The position numbers and the translations under genes were made by a program. Positions 28,326-38,445 of a DNA stretch of 64,000 nucleotides are shown here, one piece after another (position 1 is the first letter of the stretch; every line of letters begins with the position of its first letter). The stretch comes from a candidate division WOR-3 bacterium (GTDB taxonomy: Bacteria; Hydrothermota; Tepidihabitantia; B3-TA06): positions 90,590 to 154,589 of the forward strand of contig CBFGKC010000004.1 of NCBI GenBank assembly GCA_965649265.1, read 5' to 3'. The notes beneath the pieces were generated by a model, which saw nothing but the letters and a program-made list of their open reading frames with translations, did not search any database and was not told the origin of the DNA.

Positions 28326-30221
28326 ATGAAGCGTGCATCGTTCGGTGCCAAGCTAAAATATTCTTTCGACAACTCCATGGCGAAAGGGCCTTCAACCCTG
28401 ATCGTGTGGCTTGCGATATTATCTCTGGCTCTCATTGTCATCATCGCCGGTATAGTTGCAGTTTCAGGTATAGCGCCGGAGGGCAAGGGATTTTTTGAAG
28501 TAGTCTGGATGAGCCTTATGCGGACGCTTGATGCCGGAACCATGGGGGGAGACGAAGGTTCATGGTGGTTTCTTTTCGCAATGCTCGCGGTAACAGTCGG
28601 TGGAATCTTCGTAATCAGTACCCTTATCGGTGTGCTTACGACAAGCATTGATGTGAAACTCGAATCGCTGCGGAAGGGGCGTTCCAGAGTCATCGAGGAG
28701 GGACATACCGCTATCCTGGGTTGGTCGTCTCAGGTTTTCACCATAATCCCCGAACTCGTTGAAGCCAACTCGAACCAGCGCCATTCCTGTGTCGTCGTAC
28801 TGGCCGACAGGGACAAAGTTGAGATGGAAGACGATATCAAGACGAGATGCGGTTCCACCGGCCGCACAAAGATCGTGTGCAGGAAGGGGGACCCCATGGA
28901 CATGAGCGACCTCGAGATTGTAAGTCTTGATACCGCCAAATCGATCCTCATCCTTTCCCACGAGGCGGAGGACCCCGACTCCGACGTCATCAAGACAATG
29001 CTTGCAATTACCAACAATCCCGATCGAAAGAAAGAACCGTACCACATAGTCGCAGAGATTCGCGACCCCAAGAACGTTGAGGTCGCAAAAATGGTGGGCA
29101 GGGACGAGGTCGAAATCGTTCTCGTTTCCGATCTGGTTGCCCGCGTAATAGCCCAGACCTGCCGGCAGTCCGGGCTGTCCGTAGTTTACACGGAGCTCCT
29201 GGATTTCGGCGGCGATGAGATCTACTTCCACGAACCGGAGCCCGAACTCATCGGCAAGACATTCATGGATTCAATACCCGTATACGAAGATTCGACGGTC
29301 ATCGGACTCGTGCCCGCGGGCAAGATGCCGTTGCTGAATCCGCCGATGAATACTCCGATAAGCGAAGGTGACAAGCTTATAGTGATAGCCGAAGACGACG
29401 ACACGACGAGAATTTCAAACGTAGAAGATTACGGTATAGACACTGAAGCGATTGTCGGCAAAAGCTCTGACAGGAAGGAACCCGAGCGGATGCTTATCCT
29501 CGGCTGGAACTGGCGCGCGCCCCTCATAATAAACGAGCTCGATAACTACGTGGCGCCCGGCTCCGAGATAACCGTCGTAGCCAACCTTGCCGGATGCGAA
29601 GGAGAGCTTCGCGAGAAATGCGCAGGCTGCAAGAATCTTGCCGTCGTTTTCAAGCAGGAAAGCACGACATCGAGAAAAGTACTCGATGCATTGAACATTC
29701 CTTCCTTTCACCATATCATCCTCCTCTGCTATTCGGACTCAATGGGAACTCAGGAAGCCGACGCCCAGACACTCATTACCCTTCTTCACCTTCGCGAGTT
29801 AGCCGAATCAACCGACAGGCAATTTTCGATCGTCAGCGAGATGATAGACGTACGAAACCGCAATCTTGCCGAGGTGACGCGCGCGGACGACTTCATAGTA
29901 TCCGATCGTCTGGTGAGCCTTCTCATGACGCAGATATCGGAGAACAAATATCTCAACGCCGTCTTTACCGACGTATTCGATCCCGAGGGCTCCGAGATTT
30001 ATCTCAAACCCGCATCCGATTACGTCAAGCCTGGCGCCGATGTGAACTTCTACACCGTAATAGAATCCGCAAAAAAACGCGGGCACATCGCGATAGGTTA
30101 CAAGCTCAAGCGCCACGCCGCCGAAGCCGACAAGGCTTACGGCGTCGTTGTCAACCCCAAAAAATCTGACCGCGTCGTCTTCTCCGAGGAGGACAAGGTT
30201 GTGGTTGTGGCAGAAGATTAA
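28326..30221 (+). CDS. CASTOR/POLLUX (DMI1)-like ion channel with RCK domains
   Basis: TM-pore TLDAGTMGGD, LRKGRSRVIE, QTCRQSGLSVVY, GSEIYLKP; AGGAGG RBS. Confidence 0.85.
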   Translation: MKRASFGAKLKYSFDNSMAKGPSTLIVWLAILSLALIVIIAGIVAVSGIAPEGKGFFEVVWMSLMRTLDAGTMGGDEGSWWFLFAMLAVTVGGIFVISTLIGVLTTSIDVKLESLRKGRSRVIEEGHTAILGWSSQVFTIIPELVEANSNQRHSCVVVLADRDKVEMEDDIKTRCGSTGRTKIVCRKGDPMDMSDLEIVSLDTAKSILILSHEAEDPDSDVIKTMLAITNNPDRKKEPYHIVAEIRDPKNVEVAKMVGRDEVEIVLVSDLVARVIAQTCRQSGLSVVYTELLDFGGDEIYFHEPEPELIGKTFMDSIPVYEDSTVIGLVPAGKMPLLNPPMNTPISEGDKLIVIAEDDDTTRISNVEDYGIDTEAIVGKSSDRKEPERMLILGWNWRAPLIINELDNYVAPGSEITVVANLAGCEGELREKCAGCKNLAVVFKQESTTSRKVLDALNIPSFHHIILLCYSDSMGTQEADAQTLITLLHLRELAESTDRQFSIVSEMIDVRNRNLAEVTRADDFIVSDRLVSLLMTQISENKYLNAVFTDVFDPEGSEIYLKPASDYVKPGADVNFYTVIESAKKRGHIAIGYKLKRHAAEADKAYGVVVNPKKSDRVVFSEEDKVVVVAED

Positions 30222-30233
30222 GGATGCCTGATT

Positions 30234-31136
30234 GTGAGTGCGGCCATTTATTATTTCTCCGCAGGCGGAAACAGTTTGGCCGTTGCGCGGGATTTGGCGG
30301 CAAGATTGGATGCAGATGTCGTTGCAATATCGGCGATAACTGAGCCAGGTACGGTAAGTGTGGCCGCCGATGTGATCGGGATCGTGTTCCCTGTTTACTA
30401 CTCCGAGTACAGCGGGGTACCTTTAATCGTCTCGCGATTTACCGAAAAGCTCGAAAGTATAGGCTCGAAGTACATCTTCGCGGTCGCTACACACTCGGGC
30501 AATCCTGGGTCTACCGTCGAGAATTTCGCAAGAAACCTGGAAAAGCGAGGCGGGAAACTTGCCGGCGGCTTCACGGTATACATGGATGTTCCTTATCCGG
30601 TTTCCACTAAATTAAAGAAGGCCTTTTTAGGTATCGAATTCGACAGGGACGGTTTGAGAGATACGCTTCTGCGGGATCAGGAGAAAGCATGCGTTGCGTG
30701 GAAAAATAAGCTTGAGACTCTCGTAGACTATGTATCCACCAGGAAAGAAGGTAAGCTGGAAACGCCCGGATCCTTTGCCAAATTCATGACCGCTATCTTT
30801 CTACCGCTGCGAAGACTCATATTCGTCGGAAGATTCAAGCAGCTTGCCGGGGAATCCAAAAAGGACTTCTACGAACTCGTGCCCATTGCCGACCGCAGCT
30901 TTGAGGTCAACGAGATGTGTAACGGATGCGGGGTATGCGTGAAGGTATGTCCTGTGGAAAACATCGAAATCGAGATAGACAAACCACGCTGGCTGGGACA
31001 TTGCGAGACCTGCAATGCCTGTTTTAAATGGTGTCCACGGGAAGCAATAACAGGTAAGATCGTGGAGTATGCGACGAGACTGCACCACCCTGAGGTGAAA
31101 CTCAGAGATTTCATAAATCAAAGAACAGGAGGATAG
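30234..31136 (+). CDS. EFR1-type flavodoxin/ferredoxin fusion
   Basis: YYFSAGGNS, FPVY, CNGCGVCVKVCP, CETCNACFKWCP. Confidence 0.88.
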   Translation: MSAAIYYFSAGGNSLAVARDLAARLDADVVAISAITEPGTVSVAADVIGIVFPVYYSEYSGVPLIVSRFTEKLESIGSKYIFAVATHSGNPGSTVENFARNLEKRGGKLAGGFTVYMDVPYPVSTKLKKAFLGIEFDRDGLRDTLLRDQEKACVAWKNKLETLVDYVSTRKEGKLETPGSFAKFMTAIFLPLRRLIFVGRFKQLAGESKKDFYELVPIADRSFEVNEMCNGCGVCVKVCPVENIEIEIDKPRWLGHCETCNACFKWCPREAITGKIVEYATRLHHPEVKLRDFINQRTGG

Positions 31137-31775
31137 ATGCATAAACAAGCCGATCCTGAACCAACTTTCCATTATGTGTGTACACACGAAGAGGCAAAAA
31201 AGAAAATCGCCGATCACGACATCTTTTGGGTCTCCAACTGCGGGTGCAGGGAGGGTAAAAAGGGTGAGGAGGGTGAGGAGGGTGAGGAGGGCGGAGAGGG
31301 CTGCAAACGTTCGCGAATGGACCTCTGTCTCTTCTTCGACGACAAGGAGATGACGGGCACCGGTACGGGTTGGAAGAAGGTGGATCGCGCCTTCGTCGAG
31401 GGCATCCTCAAGGAGGCGAAAGAAAAGCACCTGGTCGCACGGCCTTTTCATTACAACGAGGATCGCGAACATGATCAGGGCATATGCTTCTGCTGCGACG
31501 ACTGCTGCGCATACTTCCAGGGTGACGAGTGGGGATGTGATCCCGGCAAATACATCGAACAAACCGACATGGAAGCCTGTACCCACTGCGGCGAATGCGT
31601 ATCTGTTTGCTACTTCAAAGCTCGCAACATTGTCGACGGAATGTTGCAAGTTACGAGGGAAAAGAAAGAAGGGGGGTACGGGCGTTACGGGTGTTACGGG
31701 TGTTATGGGTGCGGCCTTTGCTCTGACGTGTGTCCGGTTGGGTGTATCGAGATGGTTCCCAGAGATGGAAACTGA
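31137..31775 (+). CDS. 4Fe-4S binding protein
   Basis: CGCR, ICFCCDDCC, CTHCGECVSVC, CYGCGLCSDVCP. Confidence 0.88.
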   Translation: MHKQADPEPTFHYVCTHEEAKKKIADHDIFWVSNCGCREGKKGEEGEEGEEGGEGCKRSRMDLCLFFDDKEMTGTGTGWKKVDRAFVEGILKEAKEKHLVARPFHYNEDREHDQGICFCCDDCCAYFQGDEWGCDPGKYIEQTDMEACTHCGECVSVCYFKARNIVDGMLQVTREKKEGGYGRYGCYGCYGCGLCSDVCPVGCIEMVPRDGN

Positions 31776-32205
31776 TTTGCTTGTCCGCGATTACGAGCTG
31801 AAGGATCTGGAACAAATATCCATCCTTATGCACGAATTGGGATATCCAAACAGCCTTGCTTTTTTTAAAGAAAGGTTCGACACTCTCGCAAACACCGGGT
31901 TTGACAAGGTCCTTGTCGCCGAGAGAGAGGGGGTCGTTCAGGGAATGATAACCCTGCACTTCATACATCTTCCTCACCTTGCCGGCAATCTCTGCCGCGT
32001 GGTCGCACTGGCTGTCAGGAACGAATTCAAGAGGCAGGGTATAGGCGCGAAACTCATGATCAAGACGGAAGAGATCGCCCGCGAAAAGAACTGCGCGAAG
32101 ATTGAACTCACCTCAGGCCTCGAGCGTACGGAAGCTCACGATTTTTACCGCGCGATAGGTTTTGAAGAGAAATCCAGAAGATTCACCAAAGACCTCGTAT
32201 ACTGA
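31765..32205 (+). CDS. GNAT family acetyltransferase
   Basis: ELGYP, RQGIGAKL, AHDFYRAIGF; ATG at 31765. Confidence 0.85.
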   Translation: METDLLVRDYELKDLEQISILMHELGYPNSLAFFKERFDTLANTGFDKVLVAEREGVVQGMITLHFIHLPHLAGNLCRVVALAVRNEFKRQGIGAKLMIKTEEIAREKNCAKIELTSGLERTEAHDFYRAIGFEEKSRRFTKDLVY

Positions 32206-32302
32206 AACTAACACGCGGGGACCATATGCGGCTTGATGCCTCCAGTGAGTACTTAGGCTATATCTAAACGACACAGTCAATGTCTCGAAAAGGGGCTTTA
32301 CA

Positions 32303-32330
32303 TTGACAGCCATCGTCACCAAAGTATAAT
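32303..32330 (+). promoter_or_regulatory. sigma70 promoter of the CDF gene
   Basis: TTGACA-N16-TATAAT. Confidence 0.85.
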
Positions 32331-32453
32331 CGACCCTGGTTAACAAGAGAGAAGGACTTTGAGTTCCGAATCCTTGTACTGGTGTAGCCGACTGGACAGG
32401 CTTTCCTGAGGTGAGACCCTTTTTGAAAACTTGTTAAGAAGGAGTATCCTTTA

Positions 32454-33356
32454 ATGCGAGCTAGCGAACTACGCGCCCGCAAGGCCAAGCGTGTTACATG
32501 GATAGGCCTTATTGTGAATGTAGCCCTTACCGCACTAAAGTTGCTTTCAGGAATCCTGGGTCGCAGCGGGGCGATGGTCGCCGACGCGATACATTCCCTC
32601 TCAGATTTTGCCACGGATGTGGTTATTCTGTTCGGATTCCGTTTCATACACAAACCTGCGGACAAATCTCACCGATACGGGCACGGCAAGATCGAAACAT
32701 TTTCGGCTTTTCTTATTGGTGCGGCTCTTCTTTTCGTCGGTGTAGGAATTCTCTGGGGAGGCGTGGAAAAAATAATCCTGACAATCCAGGGCAAGATACT
32801 CGAAAAGCCTGGCTGGATTGCGTTCGCAGCGGCGCTCGTGTCCATCGCGGCCAAGGAATTTTTATACTGGTTTACCATCAAGGTAGGCAAGGACATATCA
32901 AGCCAGGCGGTAATAGCCAACGCATGGCATCACCGCTCCGACGCTTTCTCTTCCATAGGCACCGCGATAGGCATAGGCGGCGCGATAGTTCTCGGCGAAA
33001 AGTGGAGGGTGCTTGATCCTGTGGCTGCGGTGGTCGTCAGCTTTTTCATCATCAAGGTGGCGCTTGAGATCACTATATCCAGCATAAAGGATTTGCTTGA
33101 GGCATCGCTCGACGATAAAACCGAAGAGAAAATAATGAAGATCATTTCAAGTGTGCACGGTGTTTTCAATCCGCATGATCTCAAGACGAGAAGGCTCGGT
33201 AATAACGTTGCGATAGACGTTCATATCGATGTAAAGAATACCATGGGTATAATGGAAGCCCATGACATCGCAACAAGGGTTGAGGAGAAACTATACAAGG
33301 AGTTTGGCGAGGATACGGTCATTTCCGTCCACATGGAACCTGCAGGGTCGAGATAA
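32454..33356 (+). CDS. Cation diffusion facilitator (FieF-like) metal exporter
   Basis: ADAIHSLSD, HRYGHGK, AWHHRSD, C-terminal dimerisation domain. Confidence 0.95.
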   Translation: MRASELRARKAKRVTWIGLIVNVALTALKLLSGILGRSGAMVADAIHSLSDFATDVVILFGFRFIHKPADKSHRYGHGKIETFSAFLIGAALLFVGVGILWGGVEKIILTIQGKILEKPGWIAFAAALVSIAAKEFLYWFTIKVGKDISSQAVIANAWHHRSDAFSSIGTAIGIGGAIVLGEKWRVLDPVAAVVVSFFIIKVALEITISSIKDLLEASLDDKTEEKIMKIISSVHGVFNPHDLKTRRLGNNVAIDVHIDVKNTMGIMEAHDIATRVEEKLYKEFGEDTVISVHMEPAGSR

Positions 33357-33609
33357 GATATAAGCGCTGCAATATTAACCAATTGACGTCTAGGTTTGGT
33401 CCGGCTCTGAGGTGGTCCGGACTTGACTTTATTCCTTTACAAGGCATAATGAAAACAGGATTCAAACAGACTTTTGTTATGTTTTAAGGAGGTTTCTTGC
33501 GAGAATCAACGAGTGTATGTGCCGGGACGAGTCTTTTCCTGTGCCATTCAACGTATCTACCCAAACAAAAAGCCTGCAGAAGAATAACATCAATCGCAGA
33601 GGCAAGCGC

Positions 33610-33870
33610 ATGACGTCGGAAAAACTCGTGACGGTACTTTCCACCTCCGACGCAACGATGATCACGCTTGTCAAATCCTTCCTTGACGGGGAGGGGATAC
33701 GCTACATAGTCAAGGGTGAGGGCACCCAGGGGCTTCTCGCGCCATCGGCGCTGTGGGGGCAATCTTCCCTGACCATCGTGACCATACAGGTTCTCGAGCA
33801 GGACTCGGAGGTTGTTTTTGATTTCCTCAAGAAGATGCAAGCTGGAGACAGTCAAGATTTGCCTGATTGA
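33610..33870 (+). CDS. DUF2007-type small signal-transducing protein
   Basis: LVKSFLDGEGI..VKGE pattern; ATG at 33610. Confidence 0.7.
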   Translation: MTSEKLVTVLSTSDATMITLVKSFLDGEGIRYIVKGEGTQGLLAPSALWGQSSLTIVTIQVLEQDSEVVFDFLKKMQAGDSQDLPD

Positions 33871-33920
33871 TCAACCGACCTCGTCCAGGCGGGTTAGTGT
33901 CGCGGAAAAAGGAGTGAATT

Positions 33921-34493
33921 ATGAGAACAATTCTCGGCGTTGTCGCTGCCTTCAGTATCCTGGTTTTGACGCCGGGATGCGTGAGGCAAACTATTAACCA
34001 AAAGGAGAGCGAAATGGCTGAAATCGAAAAGTCCGAACCGAAAGTCAACGTAAGGTTCATATTTTCGATATGCAATGACGTTGAAGAAATGCGCAGGTTT
34101 TACTCCGACCTTCTCGGCATGAAGGAACAGGCTTTTTACAAGGCCGAGGACGGAAAGTTCGGATATCTTTCGTACATGTGCGCGGGCGGCCTTGAGGTGG
34201 ACTTCTTCTATACCGGTAAAGAAGTGCCGGCATTGACCGAGTGGGCATGGCAGCCGGGTTACGAGGGAGGCAATTTCATGGTTACTTCCTGGGCGATAGA
34301 AATCCCGGAGGAGGATTTTCCCGCAACTGTAAAGCGTCTCAAGGATGCCGGAGTCAAGTCGTTTTCCGGCAATCCCGAGTGGCGGCAGGATTCGTACTGG
34401 GGCTTTTCGGTGGCCGACCCGCAGGGAAACACCATTGAGGTTTACGCCATGCCAAAGGAAAAACCTGGGGCCACAACCTGGCCTGGAAACTAA
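33921..34493 (+). CDS. VOC family protein with lipoprotein signal
   Basis: LTPG-C lipobox, MRRFYSDLLG, ADPQGNTIE. Confidence 0.8.
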   Translation: MRTILGVVAAFSILVLTPGCVRQTINQKESEMAEIEKSEPKVNVRFIFSICNDVEEMRRFYSDLLGMKEQAFYKAEDGKFGYLSYMCAGGLEVDFFYTGKEVPALTEWAWQPGYEGGNFMVTSWAIEIPEEDFPATVKRLKDAGVKSFSGNPEWRQDSYWGFSVADPQGNTIEVYAMPKEKPGATTWPGN

Positions 34494-34503
34494 GGGGCAG
34501 GCT

Positions 34504-34869
34504 ATGTTCAAAGGCATCAACACCGTTACCGTATACGTGAAGGACCTGGAGAGAGCCAAGAAGTTTTACATCGAGATCCTTGGTTTTGAACTTGCCTATG
34601 ATGTCCATCCCTCTCTTTCATTCCTCAAGGTCGCAAGCACCCACGTCTATCTTGAGGGCGGGTACGATCCCGTCGAAATCACGGACAAGTCAGCTCGTTT
34701 GAGTTTCTTTCTCGAAGCGGAAGGATCGGTGAAAGAAGTATTCGACACCCTCAAATCGAAGGGAGTAAAGACTATCCAGGAATCTCCGGAACAGGTCGGT
34801 GACGACACGTGGTGGTTTCAGTTCAAGGACCCTGACGGAAACATACTAGAGGTTTCGGGTAAACCCTAA
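34504..34869 (+). CDS. VOC/glyoxalase family protein
   Basis: DLERAKKFY..LGF, FKDPDGNILE. Confidence 0.88.
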   Translation: MFKGINTVTVYVKDLERAKKFYIEILGFELAYDVHPSLSFLKVASTHVYLEGGYDPVEITDKSARLSFFLEAEGSVKEVFDTLKSKGVKTIQESPEQVGDDTWWFQFKDPDGNILEVSGKP

Positions 34870-34887
34870 GAATCCAGAGGTGCAGTG

Positions 34888-35280
34888 ATGCAGACGAAAA
34901 CAATAAAGCAGTGCTTTACCATAAGGGCGTCGGCTCACGATGTCTACGAGACGCTCATGGATTCAGACAAACACTCGCAGATGACGGGCGAGAAGGCCAG
35001 GATATCCAGAGATATCGGCGGCAAGTTTTCGGCATACGACGGGTACGCATCGGGCGAGAATCTCGAACTGGTGCCCGATCAAAAAATCGTCCAGACCTGG
35101 CGTGCGTCTGATTGGCCAAGGGGACATTTCTCCAAAATAACCATCACCTTGTTTGAATCCAAAGGTAATACGGAACTTTCCTTCGTTCAGGAGGAAGTTC
35201 CCGAGGAGTTCTACGACGACGTGTACGAGGGCTGGTTCGACTTCTACTGGGAACCCATGAAGCGGATGCTCGAGGACTGA
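34888..35280 (+). CDS. SRPBCC/AHSA1-like protein
   Basis: GGKFSAYDG, KIVQTWR, GWFDFYWEPMK. Confidence 0.88.
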   Translation: MQTKTIKQCFTIRASAHDVYETLMDSDKHSQMTGEKARISRDIGGKFSAYDGYASGENLELVPDQKIVQTWRASDWPRGHFSKITITLFESKGNTELSFVQEEVPEEFYDDVYEGWFDFYWEPMKRMLED

Positions 35281-35906
35281 TGCTTGTGAAAAGAAATGCA
35301 TATGACGAAAGGTACGGCGGGAACCATTACTATTGGGGCAAGGAACCTTCTTCCTTATGCGAACTCGTCCTCAAATCCTTTGAAGCGCCGCAGGGGCGTC
35401 GTCCCGCCCTGATAGATCTCGGCTGCGGCGAGGGTCGCAATGCCGTATTCTTTGCTAAGCGCGGGTTCGACGTGACCGGCCTCGACCTGTCTCTGCCCGG
35501 CTTGAAAAAAGCCGAAAAATACGCCAGCCAGGAGGGGGTGTCAGTCACCACCATCCATGAAGACATCCGCACCTTTGCAATCGAAGGCAAATGGGACGTT
35601 ATCTTTTCCACAGGAACGATTCACTACCTCCAGCCGGAACTCCGGGAGACCTGGTTCGAGAACGTCAAAAGAGCCACATCTCCGACAGGACTCAACGCAT
35701 TCTCCGTGCTCGTGACCAAATCATTCCTGCCCAGGCCTCCGGACGGTGAAAGCTCGGCATACCCGGTCAAGTCTGGCGAGATAATGAGTTATTACCAGGA
35801 CTGGGAAATACTCCACATCGCGGAGGAGGTATTCGACTGCATGTCGTCGGGCGTCTCCCACAAGCACGTAGTAAACCGCATGATCGCTCGCAGGTATAAG
35901 GGATGA
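35280..35906 (+). CDS. Class I SAM methyltransferase (TehB-like)
   Basis: IDLGCGEGRNA. Confidence 0.85.
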   Translation: MLVKRNAYDERYGGNHYYWGKEPSSLCELVLKSFEAPQGRRPALIDLGCGEGRNAVFFAKRGFDVTGLDLSLPGLKKAEKYASQEGVSVTTIHEDIRTFAIEGKWDVIFSTGTIHYLQPELRETWFENVKRATSPTGLNAFSVLVTKSFLPRPPDGESSAYPVKSGEIMSYYQDWEILHIAEEVFDCMSSGVSHKHVVNRMIARRYKG

Positions 35907-36268
35907 AGCACCGGGAGGAGGGGGAATACCCCGATTTCAGACCTCGCTTCGAACAGGAGGTATTCTCCTGGCCGCACGTCACGACGAGATACATGTTCGG
36001 GTGCCTTGCCTATATGTCTTGCGGCAAGATGTTCGCCTTCCTCCAGAACGAATCCGTTGTTCTCACGAACATCGACGGCGAATCCAGGGATGCCCTTTGC
36101 GCCGGGCACGAAGCTTTTGCGTTCGAGTCCTCCAACGGCAAAACGGTCGGGGACTGGCTCGAGGTCGTGATATCGGACGAATCCGAACTCGGTGAAATCA
36201 TGTCCCACGTCCGCAAGAGTTACGAGACCGCTCTCGCCAGGTCTCAAGGTAAAGGTAAAAAGAGGTGA
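35903..36268 (+). CDS. TfoX-N/YjbR-like small protein
   Basis: RYMFGC..GKMFA, VRKSYE. Confidence 0.6.
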   Translation: MKHREEGEYPDFRPRFEQEVFSWPHVTTRYMFGCLAYMSCGKMFAFLQNESVVLTNIDGESRDALCAGHEAFAFESSNGKTVGDWLEVVISDESELGEIMSHVRKSYETALARSQGKGKKR

Positions 36269-36324
36269 CGGAAATCGAAGATTACCACTTTTGTCGATCG
36301 GCAGCAAAGTAAAGGAGGCGCAGT

Positions 36325-36603
36325 ATGCTCTGGTTATGGATAATACCGGGGGTGATCGTTTTTTTCGGTCTGATAATTCTCATGGGCTCACTCGTGATGT
36401 TGCGCAAGATGCCTTCCATCTCAAAGCCGCTTTCTGAAAGCGATGTCTCGATATGCGCCGAAATCGTTAAGGGGAGGAGGGCGGGGAGGGCGAGGAGGCC
36501 CGTAACACCTTACCCCTTCGTTTGCAGCTGGGCGGTCCGCCACTCGGCCTGCCCGTGCCTGCCGTGCAAAAAACTCGAGCAGGCGAAGTCAGGCACAAAT
36601 TAA
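36325..36603 (+). CDS. Small membrane-anchored Cys-containing hypothetical protein
   Basis: AAGGAGG RBS, N-terminal TM helix, CPCLPC. Confidence 0.65.
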   Translation: MLWLWIIPGVIVFFGLIILMGSLVMLRKMPSISKPLSESDVSICAEIVKGRRAGRARRPVTPYPFVCSWAVRHSACPCLPCKKLEQAKSGTN

Positions 36604-36805
36604 CTTCACCTCAAATGTGATCTCACAATCGCAAGGACGAAGTAGGAATCTGGAGTTTTAGCTTTTTTTCCCTCAATTCCTACTGCGACCTGACTTCGAG
36701 GCGTCTATGGGCGTTTCTCTCCGGAATAACACTGTAATACTTTACAATTTTTTTGACCGGCTTCTTCAGCGGGCAAATCGCCTCGAAATCGGGTGAAAAC
36801 CCCTG

Positions 36806-36846
36806 TTTTGTCCATCTTTTGTCCCACTTTTGTCCAGCTTTTTTTT
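36806..36846. repeat. Three 11-bp phased repeats identical to units at 1642-1685
   Basis: TTTTGTCCATC, TTTTGTCCCAC, TTTTGTCCAGC starting at 36806, 36817, 36828. Confidence 0.85.
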
Positions 36847-36916
36847 CAGGGGGTAATAAACGTATCCCCGCAAACGTTCGAAACATCTGCGGGGATAACA
36901 ATTTTTTAAGAGTATT

Positions 36917-37363
36917 TTAGAAGTAAAATCTGAGACCTATACCACCGCCCAGGCCGACATCCGTCGCTGGGTAGAGATAAATGAGCGGGTCAAGTTCTCC
37001 GTAGAAGCTTATCGGTGCGTAAATGAATTCAAGACCGAGAGGTATGCGGCCTGCGATGTTGAAATAGTCATTGGCCCGCATTCCCAGTTGTCCACCAAGA
37101 CCAATGTACGGCGCAAGTTCGCCTCTGCCACTTATAGGGATATTGAAGTGATAAAGGTAACCTGCCTGAACGCCGAGATAGTCAACTATCAGATTCCATC
37201 CCACCGTAAGGTCTATGGCACTTTGACCACCGATCCAGAATTTTCCTGTTATTCCGCTGGGTTCGCCGAATTGGACGCCTAATCCCACATTGCCGTGAGA
37301 CGCCAGAAGCGTTCCCGAGAAAACAGTTAATATGATAACTGATGCAATTACTAAACGTTTCAT
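36917..37363 (-). CDS. Small outer-membrane beta-barrel protein
   Basis: Signal peptide, GLGVQFGEPSGITGK, C-terminal GLRFYF beta-signal. Confidence 0.85.
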   Translation of the reverse strand: MKRLVIASVIILTVFSGTLLASHGNVGLGVQFGEPSGITGKFWIGGQSAIDLTVGWNLIVDYLGVQAGYLYHFNIPISGRGELAPYIGLGGQLGMRANDYFNIAGRIPLGLEFIYAPISFYGELDPLIYLYPATDVGLGGGIGLRFYF

Positions 37364-37623
37364 TTTTCCTCCTTGAATCTGCTATATTATTCCTTACTAA
37401 AGCAATGTCAAGAACGAATCGAAAGGGAAGCGATTAAAAGACAAATCAAAGTTGCAGAGAAAATAGCGTGAGTTTTTCTGAGAATCCAGGTGGTTATTTT
37501 TGAAATTGCCAAGTGAGTCTGTCGTCTAATTCTCTCAAATCGAATAATGAGGATTCGTCAAAACTGTTGACAAGCAAACGTAGAACTGTAATCTAGAATA
37601 AATGCTCGATAGAAGGAGGCATC

Positions 37624-38445
37624 ATGTCCGACTTGCTAGACGTTTCCCGTGAGTACCACACCATTGTCAGCAGGCGGCTGGAGGCCAGAGGGTTTTCCAG
37701 CGAGCAGGTTCTCGTTCACAAACGGATACTCGAGTTGGCCGGAACCGCAAAAGACACAAGTGACCTCGAGGGTAAAAAGGAGGCTGAGAACCTCAATTTC
37801 AGACTCGCTCAGGCTCTCTCCATAGATAACTGGCTCGCCAGGGCGAAGGCGGCCTCGGAGTCAGGTGAAACGCTCGCAAAGAAGCTCTTCGAGGAGACCG
37901 CGGACGCTGCCCGCAAGGCAGCGGACCACGCGTCGCTCGCAAAGTCCGTTGACGAGGCGAGCACCCAAGGCACCCAGATGCTAGCAATCCAGGAGTATGT
38001 AAAGAGTTCATTCATCTCCGCGCTCTACGCGATCTTTGCCTATCGCATAACGCACCCGGCCAACGTCGAGGAGCGCAAGAGGCAGAAGGCGAATCTCGAT
38101 ATCCACACTTCCGAGATCAAAAAGAAAGGCTCGAGCTTCGAGCAGCTTCTCGGAGACTTCTACTATAAAAGTTTCGCGCCGCTTTCCGAAGTGCAGTGGA
38201 AGGAAATCGAAAAAATCTACAAGTCCATGCAATCCTCCGAAACCGACAAGGTGGCCCGGAACTCTCTCGAAGACGAGGTCAAGAAGGCGAACGGGGTGCT
38301 TAAGGGCAAGATGACGGAACTCAAGGAGCTACAGGCTTACATCGAATCAACGGGTACGCGGATGGCCTACCTCGGCATCTCCCCGAAGGAAGAACCTGGC
38401 CCATACACGTTCGAAAAAATCTGGGAAGGGGGCAGGGATGAATGA
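37624..38445 (+). CDS. Hypothetical helical protein
   Basis: AAGGAGG RBS, promoter TTGACA-N16-TAATCT at 37567. Confidence 0.8.
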   Translation: MSDLLDVSREYHTIVSRRLEARGFSSEQVLVHKRILELAGTAKDTSDLEGKKEAENLNFRLAQALSIDNWLARAKAASESGETLAKKLFEETADAARKAADHASLAKSVDEASTQGTQMLAIQEYVKSSFISALYAIFAYRITHPANVEERKRQKANLDIHTSEIKKKGSSFEQLLGDFYYKSFAPLSEVQWKEIEKIYKSMQSSETDKVARNSLEDEVKKANGVLKGKMTELKELQAYIESTGTRMAYLGISPKEEPGPYTFEKIWEGGRDE

